Origin: Candidatus Poribacteria bacterium
GTDB lineage: Bacteria > Poribacteria > WGA-4E > WGA-3G
Length of the DNA stretch: 64,000 nt
Assembly: GCA_022827885.1 (NCBI GenBank)
Contig: JAJEIP010000088.1
Location: 25,009 to 89,008 of the forward strand
Reading direction: 5' to 3'
A model generated the notes under the pieces. That model was not told where the DNA came from and made no database searches. It saw only the letters and a program-made list of their open reading frames with translations. A program made the position numbers and the translations under genes. This document shows, in pieces, positions 57,118 to 64,000 of the stretch. Within the stretch, counting starts at the first letter, position 1. Every line of letters starts with the position of its first letter.

Positions 57118-57900
57118 TTATTGTTTCAGAGTTCCCCACGTGAGTGCAAGCTTGCCTGAAGGCACAACGGGTAATACTTCGTCGTCAAAGATGAGGTCGC
57201 CGTAGGCGAGACCATCCCAGGCACCGCCCGGTGTCCATCCGATCTGATGTTCGCGCCCGCCACCCTCACAATCGTTGACATGAAAACTAAGCCCGATGAG
57301 TAAGCCATCTTTCGCTTTGAAGTTTTTTCCCTTCGCCGGATTGGCAAACTGGGGATTACCACGGGGCTTTGTTGGGTCGATAGCGACTTCATAGATGTAA
57401 TCATTTCCATTGTTGATCAGCACCCATTCAGTATTGTCTTTGGATGCAGCGGCGGATAGATCCTTACCATTTGCGCCGAGTGTCCACTGAACGAGGCTCT
57501 CTCTGACCATCCCGTTGTCAAAATCAAACATGAATTCGACGCTATCATCATTCCACCAATTGGCATTGGGCGGGTGAATATCTTGGAGTTTATCGTCGGT
57601 GATTTCAACAGCGAAATAGATACGGGTTGGGTCTTGAGCACGCCACGCAACCCTGCCTTGTCCGGTAAAGTCGTTGGCTTTCGGGACACCGTCGCCGACA
57701 TCTTTCAGTTCATCAAACGCAACGATTTCAGCGCGTTCCCATTCGCTGAGATCGCCGTCTACTTTAAGGTTCGTGATTTGTTTGGCGACGTACTGTTTAT
57801 CACGTTTTGCAACTGCTGTTAAATGTGCTGCGAAGAATATCAACGTGACAACTGTTATCAGTCTACCTATGCCCTTACCGAAATTCATAAGTTTTTTCAT
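57118..57900 (-). CDS. Secreted CBM9/DOMON-like carbohydrate-binding protein with C-terminal ...GKLALTWGTLKQ tail
   Basis: GGAGG precedes the ATG at 57900. N-terminal signal/anchor. VDGDLSEWE...AWRAQDPTRIYFAVEITDD...DDSVEFMFD fits CBM9-like domains. Confidence 0.55.
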   Translation of the reverse strand: MKKLMNFGKGIGRLITVVTLIFFAAHLTAVAKRDKQYVAKQITNLKVDGDLSEWERAEIVAFDELKDVGDGVPKANDFTGQGRVAWRAQDPTRIYFAVEITDDKLQDIHPPNANWWNDDSVEFMFDFDNGMVRESLVQWTLGANGKDLSAAASKDNTEWVLINNGNDYIYEVAIDPTKPRGNPQFANPAKGKNFKAKDGLLIGLSFHVNDCEGGGREHQIGWTPGGAWDGLAYGDLIFDDEVLPVVPSGKLALTWGTLKQ

Positions 57901-59270
57901 GAGAGAATTCCTCCGTTTTTCAACAGGTGAATCGGTTGATCCTGTATGCCGTGTTCCTTCATCAATTTGCACGTTCCACACAACAACTGAAGATTGTCGG
58001 AAGTATCCGTGCCGCTTTGGGATCGTGCTACAATGTGGTCAACTGTCATATTGCGAAATGCGGATAACGTTTGGCAGCCATCGCATCTGCCTTCCTGACG
58101 TCCAAAGAGTGTATGCTTAAGGGTTCGTTCCTGCTGGTAAATTTGAGGATGACCCTTTCGATGGATGACCTGCTTGGTAATACCGTGCTGTTCAAGCCGA
58201 AGTTTCGCCAGTTTGAAAGATTCAGGGCTTAAATCAATGCCGATCCAGTGGCGTTGTAGTCGTTCCGCGGCAATACATGTGGTAGCGCATCCGCAGAAAG
58301 GGTCGAGCACCATGTTTCCCGGATTGCTGCTGGCACGAATAATTCGTTCTAACAAAGCGATCGGTTTCTGTGTGGGATACCCGATCCGCTCCTTATTGCG
58401 TGCCGTTAAGTTCGGAATATCTACCCAGATGTTATTTAGTGTTTTCCCTTTTTGTTCGTCAAGATACCGTTTGTATCGAGGGACATTTCCGGGGCGTGTT
58501 TGCACGACGCGTCCGGCTTCGATCTCCTTTAGCATCCGAGATTCCGACCACCGCCAGGTTCTGGTGACACCCATCACGTCATAAGTGAGATGAGAATCGG
58601 GGTTTTGCGTTTGAGCAGTTATAGAAGTATGCGATACGAGTCGTCCGGTACCGGGTTCAACATAATAATATTGGCGTTTGGTTTTTTCGTCGAGATCCTG
58701 CATATCGTAGGGGATCGTGACGGCCTCAGGATTCCATACGAAATCGTTGCTTTTTGAGTATCGGAGGATAAGATCGGAGTCTCGTGCCAATCCTTTTTTG
58801 AGGTTCCCTTTGCTGGTTACGGCTCTTTGCCAAATGATCTCGTTCCTAAAATTGTCTTTCCCGAAAATGCCATCCATCATCATTTTCAGGTAGTGGCTTG
58901 CGTTGTCATCGCAATGAAGATAGAGCGTTCCTGTCGGTTTCAGAATTCGATACATCTCTAACATCCTGATACCCATCATAATCAGATAGGCTTTCATGGA
59001 TGTCCCGTGCGTGAATTCAGCAGTGCTGATGGCGTGATAAAGATCGGGTGCTTTCTCGGCAAGTTCACCGTGCCACGCGCTATCTAAATCGTTTGGTGTC
59101 CAGGAATCTTTGAATGCTGCGCCGGCTGCTTCGCTTTCTGTTGCTGCTTCAAAGGTTCGATTGGAGTTGAAAGGTGGGTCGAGATAGATCAGATCAATGG
59201 TATCAGCGTCAAGACCCCGAAGCACATACAGATTGTCACCTTCAAAGATGGTTCGGTTCTCGACATTCAT
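57897..59270 (-). CDS. DNA methyltransferase (beta-class N6A/N4C, DPPF motif) fused to a C-terminal HNH nuclease domain
   Basis: Motif IV DLIYLDPPFNSN lies near the N-terminus and motif I VLDPFCGCATT lies later. C-terminal CDGC...DHIVARSQSGTDTSDNLQLLCGTCK is HNH. The stop overlaps the downstream start (ATGA). Confidence 0.8.
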   Translation of the reverse strand: MNVENRTIFEGDNLYVLRGLDADTIDLIYLDPPFNSNRTFEAATESEAAGAAFKDSWTPNDLDSAWHGELAEKAPDLYHAISTAEFTHGTSMKAYLIMMGIRMLEMYRILKPTGTLYLHCDDNASHYLKMMMDGIFGKDNFRNEIIWQRAVTSKGNLKKGLARDSDLILRYSKSNDFVWNPEAVTIPYDMQDLDEKTKRQYYYVEPGTGRLVSHTSITAQTQNPDSHLTYDVMGVTRTWRWSESRMLKEIEAGRVVQTRPGNVPRYKRYLDEQKGKTLNNIWVDIPNLTARNKERIGYPTQKPIALLERIIRASSNPGNMVLDPFCGCATTCIAAERLQRHWIGIDLSPESFKLAKLRLEQHGITKQVIHRKGHPQIYQQERTLKHTLFGRQEGRCDGCQTLSAFRNMTVDHIVARSQSGTDTSDNLQLLCGTCKLMKEHGIQDQPIHLLKNGGILS

Positions 59271-59302
59271 TCTATCACCTACGATGTCGTGCAGATGTGT
59301 TT

Positions 59303-59330
59303 AGAGGCGCGTCTCGGGGAGCGCGCCTCT
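59303..59330. terminator. GC-rich hairpin between the LamG gene and the methyltransferase gene (possible terminator, no U-tract)
   Basis: agaggcgcg (59303-59311) / cgcgcctct (59322-59330). Confidence 0.35.
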
Positions 59331-59344
59331 TGAGGGGATAACAT

Positions 59345-60139
59345 TTATCGACGTGCTTTGAGAGTGCCCCATGTCACGGCGAGTTTGCCGTTCGGTTCAA
59401 CAGCGAGTCCTGTGTCAGACTTGAAGTTCTGATTGACTTCGGCTTCGTCAAGCACTCGATCATAGATGCTGAATTCGTCTATGATACCCGTAAACACACC
59501 GAATTCGCCGTCGGCTCTACCATCTAAACCGATAAACATGTGAATACTTGCCCAGTCATCCTCAGGGAATTGGGCGAGGTTCAGTACTCCCTCGGCCGTT
59601 GCTTCACCATCAACAAAGAATTGGACCTTACTATCCTCTGGTGTCCCCGCGACAGCAATGTGATGCCATTTATTATCGTCAATGTTGTTTCCGGCATCTT
59701 CGACATTGCCTACCCAGCCGGTGTCAAGATTAAGGACACTATTGCGAACCCATAGGGTTTTGGGCCCCTTATCATCGGTACCGGGACCGCCTGTCTTGGC
59801 GAAGATTACACCGGGACCCGAATTGGCGGTCTTTATCCATGCCGACCAAGTGAAATCGGCGTTGAAATCAAACGCTTCTGGGCTGTCGATTTCGACAAAA
59901 TTCGTATCGTCTTCGTCGAACTCCAACGCGTCGCCGATTTTACCGCCTACTTTTTTCAGATTTCCCTTGATAGAGCCATTATAATTGCCGGTTCCGTCCT
60001 TAACGGTCTTTCCGTCGATATTGTTTGCATCGAAGCTCCAATAACTAACCAGTCCATCTTCGACGATTTGGGCGGACAGGGTGGTTCCCATAAAACTGAT
60101 AGTCAGAATGAGTAAGAAAAGAATAGTCTTTTGCAACAT
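59345..60139 (-). CDS. Secreted LamG (concanavalin A-like lectin) domain protein with ...GKLAVTWGTLKARR tail
   Basis: Signal peptide. GLVSYWSFDAN N-terminal LamG motif. WHHIAV..., GIIDEFSIYDRVLDEAEV. AAGGAG lies upstream. Confidence 0.75.
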   Translation of the reverse strand: MLQKTILFLLILTISFMGTTLSAQIVEDGLVSYWSFDANNIDGKTVKDGTGNYNGSIKGNLKKVGGKIGDALEFDEDDTNFVEIDSPEAFDFNADFTWSAWIKTANSGPGVIFAKTGGPGTDDKGPKTLWVRNSVLNLDTGWVGNVEDAGNNIDDNKWHHIAVAGTPEDSKVQFFVDGEATAEGVLNLAQFPEDDWASIHMFIGLDGRADGEFGVFTGIIDEFSIYDRVLDEAEVNQNFKSDTGLAVEPNGKLAVTWGTLKARR

Positions 60140-60206
60140 AAGTGAATCTCCTTTGATTCTTTTGCGTATGGGAAACGTGCAAACGAGCCTTACGTGGACA
60201 TGTCTT

Positions 60207-60374
60207 CTATCCTCTGAAAATTTTTCTGAGAATCAGAAACGCGCCGCCAACGACAATGATGAACAAGGCGACGGAGAACAGGAAGGCGAAGATCGCTTGC
60301 AAAATTTGGAAAAGAATCAGGATACATACAACGAAAATGACGATCCCGAAAATGACAAGTAAAATTGTTCCCAT
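60207..60374 (-). CDS. Possible 55-aa two-TM membrane peptide (below the ORF-track cutoff)
   Basis: Minus-strand ATG at 60374 to TAG at 60207 encodes MGTILLVIFGIVIFVVCILILFQILQAIFAFLFSVALFIIVVGGAFLILRKIFRG. No clear SD. Confidence 0.3.
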   Translation of the reverse strand: MGTILLVIFGIVIFVVCILILFQILQAIFAFLFSVALFIIVVGGAFLILRKIFRG

Positions 60375-60588
60375 ACGTTAATGTGTGTGGATATGAATCC
60401 ACGTTGTAGATGGTTATCGGTGGTCATCAGTAGAAAGTCTTCAAAAGTTGTAAAGTGTGCTAAAGTTGTGAAGTTGTCAGAAGCGATGAAACCAACTTCC
60501 GAACCTCGCAACTTGCAAACTTTCATATTGACATCTAACTAACAAGCCCTTTTCCTGAAAACCCAACCAGTGACCACTGATAACTATA

Positions 60589-61362
60589 TTAATAGCGTGC
60601 TTTGAGCGCGCCCCAAACAGTTGGAAGTTTGCCAGTTGCCTGAACAGCGAGGATCTCATCGGGTGTGCATTCGTCAGCCGTCTCGCAAATTGCCCAATTG
60701 TCAAATGAGACAATGGTCAATGCGGGCGCGCCTCTGCTTGAACCCCCGTTGAGCCCAACTTGCCCACTCTCAGGTCTGACGTTTCCAAAATCGAGTTTAC
60801 TTTCAAGGAGCCAATCTTTGGGTTCATCTTTGCCATCTTCCCAAATTTTACCGGTAAACCCGTCGTCGGATATTTCGGCTTTCATCCAGTACCATGTACC
60901 GAGGTCTACTTCTCCGAAAGGCGGTTCGGTATCGTTCTGTTTCCAAGCGAGATGGTCGTTGAGGAACTCCATATTATTGAGGAAATGGTGAATCAGGAAG
61001 GCATAACCGGAGGCATCTCCCGGATCAAGACGGAATCCGAGTCCACACCGAGCAAGGTCACCATCGCCCCAATCATCGACGCGAATCATCACTAACCCCG
61101 TATGGGGTTCTGGGAAACCGCCGTCTAAGACGAGGTAGGTGTGGTCGCCAGGGGCTTCATGGGTTTGACTGATAACGCCCCCCTTTTCTACCCAATCACC
61201 GTCATGGTTCTTGAATTCATATTTTCCGTCAATTTTTCCATCTTCAAAATCGTCAAGGTATAACACTTCACCAAAACTGGTTGAACTCCATGCGAGTATA
61301 GCAGTACACGCCAGTATGGAGAGGAAGGATTTGTGGGTTAAGAGTCTCTTAGTAATACGCAT
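60589..61362 (-). CDS. Secreted concanavalin-like/DUF1080-like lectin-fold protein with ...GKLPTVWGALKARY tail
   Basis: Signal peptide. DDFEDGKIDGKYEF...GDWVEKGGVISQ..., GYAFLI and TWYWMKAEISDDGFTGKIW patterns. Confidence 0.5.
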   Translation of the reverse strand: MRITKRLLTHKSFLSILACTAILAWSSTSFGEVLYLDDFEDGKIDGKYEFKNHDGDWVEKGGVISQTHEAPGDHTYLVLDGGFPEPHTGLVMIRVDDWGDGDLARCGLGFRLDPGDASGYAFLIHHFLNNMEFLNDHLAWKQNDTEPPFGEVDLGTWYWMKAEISDDGFTGKIWEDGKDEPKDWLLESKLDFGNVRPESGQVGLNGGSSRGAPALTIVSFDNWAICETADECTPDEILAVQATGKLPTVWGALKARY

Positions 61363-61446
61363 CGGAACATCCTCCTTTACAGTAATTCTTTGTTGGTTTA
61401 ACGTGAGATCAGGAAAGCAATCGCCGCTGTCCGAATTTTGATGTCC

Positions 61447-62235
61447 TTATGGAGTTGACCTGCGTTTGCCGCCATCCATATAAAGCGCGCTTCCAAACAT
61501 ATAGGAACAGGCTTCAGAGGCTAAGAAGGTTACAACATTCGCAACCTCTTCGGGTTCGGCAATTCGTCCCGCAGGGAGTTCTCCTCCGAGTTCCTTTAAC
61601 AACACTTCGACGTCGCGTCCCTCACGCTTGGCTCTTGCCCCCTGCTGTGTCCGTGCTCGACCGGTGTTTGTCAATCCCGGACAAACAGTATTTACCGAAA
61701 TGCCATCACCCGCGACAGCATCTGAGAGCGCACGCGTAATGTTAAGAATAGTGATGTTCGCAGCACCAGTGGGTATGTTGCCACGCGTTGGACTTGTACC
61801 GGCTGAACCTGCGATATTAATGATGCGTCCCCACCGGTTTTCCTTCATGTAGGGGATAACCAATTGAGACATCCGAAGGTAACTATAGGTTTTCAATGAC
61901 AGTGCTTCATCAATCAGGTGAGGTGACAATCCCAAAATATCGGCATTCCGAGCGGCACCGACATTGTTGACGAGGATATCAACACCACCGAAATGATTCA
62001 CTGTCTCCTGCACCACCTTCTCACAATTCGCGGGTATATTTAAATCGCCTGCGACGGCATGCCCTTCGGATCCAGTCTGTTTAAGTGCCGCGAGCGTTTG
62101 ATTGAGTGCGTCGTGGGTTCGGGCAGCGATACAGACGTGAGCACCTTCTCGGGCAAGTGCGAGCGCGCACTGCCTACCGATGCCTCGACTACCGCCGGTA
62201 ACGATTGCGCGTTTTCCACGCAGTCCTAAGTCCAT
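61447..62235 (-). CDS. SDR family oxidoreductase
   Basis: RAIVTGGSRGIGR, NNVG, and the Y-x3-K context in a typical SDR layout. Confidence 0.75.
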   Translation of the reverse strand: MDLGLRGKRAIVTGGSRGIGRQCALALAREGAHVCIAARTHDALNQTLAALKQTGSEGHAVAGDLNIPANCEKVVQETVNHFGGVDILVNNVGAARNADILGLSPHLIDEALSLKTYSYLRMSQLVIPYMKENRWGRIINIAGSAGTSPTRGNIPTGAANITILNITRALSDAVAGDGISVNTVCPGLTNTGRARTQQGARAKREGRDVEVLLKELGGELPAGRIAEPEEVANVVTFLASEACSYMFGSALYMDGGKRRSTP

Positions 62236-62393
62236 GTATCGTGCGTCCTTTACGTTGTTCCTGGTTTCTTAAAGGGTTACGGGAGTCTACTGTGGTGTTT
62301 TCAATCTTATACAACTCACGAGGAGATGCCCACCTCATTTTGGCGGACATCTCATTTTCAACACATTCTGTAAGCGCACGTTTCGATGCGTAT

Positions 62394-63242
62394 CTATTGG
62401 GAAGATTTGAGGGATCCCCAAGTTGTCGCTATTTTTCCAGCGGCATCGACCGCTAACGCGCCTTCAATACCTTCACCGAGTTTTACGACATCGTCATCAG
62501 AGAGCACCATGTCAAAGATAACAACTTCGTCAATAATACCGTTCCATTGGCAGCGTTTACCACAACCCGGGTCGGCGCCGATATAGACCTCTTCAGGAGA
62601 TGCCCACGGGGGTCCCTTGGCATCTTCGGAATTCTCAAGTTTACCGTTAACGTAAACATGCAGTTGAGATCCGTCCCATGTGCCGACGAGGTGGATCCAC
62701 TCTCTGCCTTGAAGTTCGTCGCCGAGGACTTCAAGTTTTCCACCACCGTTAGCAACACGAATGTGAAATGAAGCGTTCCTGCTATTTTCACCGTTCTCGT
62801 GTGCACCGGTGCCGAGTAAAAACTGGGACCAGGTTGAACATCCGAGTCCTTTCCATATCACACATTTACCGTTTGGATCTTCTGCCGCGTAGACCCAAGA
62901 ATGGATTGAGAACCCTTTGGAGTCCTTGAAATCCAAGGCAGCTAATGTCTTTTCTTCACCCTTCGTGCCGAGTTTGACCCAAGTGTCGTTGCCGTTAAAC
63001 TCTAAACCGCCGCCGAATTTGCCATCCACCCATTTCAGGTCGCCGACAAATTCACCGTGGGTGTCGTTACCGGAAAGATCTTTTACCTCTTTACCTTTAC
63101 CTTCTTCAAAGGTCCACATCCCCGCAATGTCGCCTTCATCAAACGCCGCATGGCTCGTAGCCGTTACCGCGAAGCTGAAAGCAATAGCAACAATTGCAGT
63201 GAGTGTATAATTCAGATAGCGTTTTGCCAAAAACATATTCAT
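62394..63242 (-). CDS. Secreted LamG domain protein with ...GKIATTWGSLKSSQ tail
   Basis: Signal peptide. DIAGMWTFEEGKG. WIHLVGTWDG...VYVNG. GIIDEVVIFDMVLSDDDV. Confidence 0.75.
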   Translation of the reverse strand: MNMFLAKRYLNYTLTAIVAIAFSFAVTATSHAAFDEGDIAGMWTFEEGKGKEVKDLSGNDTHGEFVGDLKWVDGKFGGGLEFNGNDTWVKLGTKGEEKTLAALDFKDSKGFSIHSWVYAAEDPNGKCVIWKGLGCSTWSQFLLGTGAHENGENSRNASFHIRVANGGGKLEVLGDELQGREWIHLVGTWDGSQLHVYVNGKLENSEDAKGPPWASPEEVYIGADPGCGKRCQWNGIIDEVVIFDMVLSDDDVVKLGEGIEGALAVDAAGKIATTWGSLKSSQ

Positions 63243-63278
63243 TTCCTTTTTGAGAGCGATGCGATGATCGTTTCTCCC

Positions 63279-64000
63279 TTATTTTTTCAGGCTGCCCCAT
63301 GTGACAGCTAATTTCTCTTTCGCGTCTACGGCAAGCGTCGTTTCGAAGCCGTCATTCATAACCGCTTGGACGTCATCTTCATCGAGGAAAGTGTTGAAGA
63401 TGATGAATTCGTCTAACAGCCCTTCCCATTGCCGAGACTGGTTCCAGTCACCAATTCGGGCAGGATCAAGGACACCGGGATTTCCACCCCAATCGTTTTC
63501 GATATCGAGTTCACCGTTAACGAAAAAGCGGATTTTCTTTTCCTTTGCACTATAAGCGGTTGCGATGTGGACCCATTTATCCATCTGATCGCCTGCCAAC
63601 ATATAGTTCGCAAAAGTGTCGTTCCCGCCTGGGTTACTGTGAATGGAGAACTCGACTTTGTTATTCGGATGCATCTGGTAATGGATGTCCCCGGCTTTCC
63701 AACCGTTGACGTTGAAGAAAACACGCCATGCCCCCTCGCGTCCAGTGGATTTGACCCAATGTGCGAAGGTAATTTCTTCAAATTCGCCGATCCGCTTCGG
63801 GATTTCGACCCAATCACCTGCGCCGTCGAGTTCGATGGCATCACCGAATTTCCCAGCGACAAAGTTTCCACCTTTAACCTCACCATCAAACCCGTTCCCG
63901 GATATATCTTCGGCATCGCCCTCAAACAGCCATGCTGCCGCGATCATATCTTCGGTGATTTCTGCAGAACTCAGCATACTGACACCTAATAGGAGCAGCA
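63279..64000 (-). CDS. Secreted LamG domain protein with ...EKLAVTWGSLKK tail, 5' partial at window edge
   Basis: The frame stays open upstream of the Met at 63977 (..LLLLGVS-MLSSAE, the end of a signal peptide). AAAWLFEGDAED. WVHIATAY. GLLDEFIIFNTFLDEDDV. Confidence 0.75.
   Translation of the reverse strand, partial: LLLLGVSMLSSAEITEDMIAAAWLFEGDAEDISGNGFDGEVKGGNFVAGKFGDAIELDGAGDWVEIPKRIGEFEEITFAHWVKSTGREGAWRVFFNVNGWKAGDIHYQMHPNNKVEFSIHSNPGGNDTFANYMLAGDQMDKWVHIATAYSAKEKKIRFFVNGELDIENDWGGNPGVLDPARIGDWNQSRQWEGLLDEFIIFNTFLDEDDVQAVMNDGFETTLAVDAKEKLAVTWGSLKK

Noticed and set aside
60081-60402. Track ORFs 60081-60362 (+, 93 aa) and 60190-60402 (-, 70 aa)
   Set aside because: Their composition is not protein-like. 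A different minus-strand frame gives a coherent two-TM peptide, reported at low confidence.
1-64000. Scan of intergenic regions for tRNA, rRNA, tmRNA and CRISPR
   Set aside because: I found no cloverleaf-like or rRNA-like sequences and no repeat-spacer arrays by eye. A tRNAscan or Infernal run is still needed to exclude small RNAs.

Overview
64-kb chromosomal window with moderate GC. I found no rRNA, tRNA or CRISPR array. It looks like an uncultivated Gram-negative heterotroph. Gene content points to a sponge- or sediment-type polysaccharide and sugar-acid degrader: two formylglycine-type sulfatases, three PhyH-family dioxygenases, D-galactonate and L-rhamnonate dehydratase-like enolases, glycerate kinase, a GH13 amylase, several SDR, Gfo/Idh/MocA and FAH enzymes, a fused GlyQS, a 1289-aa HEAT-repeat lipoprotein, and a PorV-like protein next to a cargo protein with a T9SS-type C-terminal domain. 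I could not assign taxonomy from sequence alone. The parts most worth follow-up: (1) a co-directional minus-strand array (57.1-64.0 kb) of five secreted lectin-fold proteins that all end in the same short tail ...LAV(D/E)xxGKLAxTWGxLK. A DNA methyltransferase-HNH fusion interrupts the array and a 643-aa polytopic membrane protein of unknown function follows it. (2) Two paralogous lipoprotein genes (45.4-47.2 kb) with extreme Met/Asp-rich tandem repeats, one fused to a cytochrome P460-like CxxCH domain. Each has a near-consensus sigma70 promoter and a homologous long leader that can form a long-range helix around a 13-bp palindrome. (3) A dispersed ~25-40 nt motif (..CCGCAAGGAAAATTAAAAA-ATG) found at the start codons of unrelated genes and, as vestigial copies, after stop codons. 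(4) A 733-bp VapBC-type toxin-antitoxin cassette flanked by 28-bp direct repeats that duplicate the last codons of the outer-membrane receptor gene, followed by a small accessory cluster (PD-(D/E)XK/DUF4268, 2H phosphoesterase). (5) A solo tnpB element, a TPR-UPF0175 fusion with a decayed DUF3368 toxin, a frameshifted oxidoreductase, and an orphan STAS plus atypical sigma factor pair. All family assignments come from motif recognition by eye and need HMM or BLAST confirmation.
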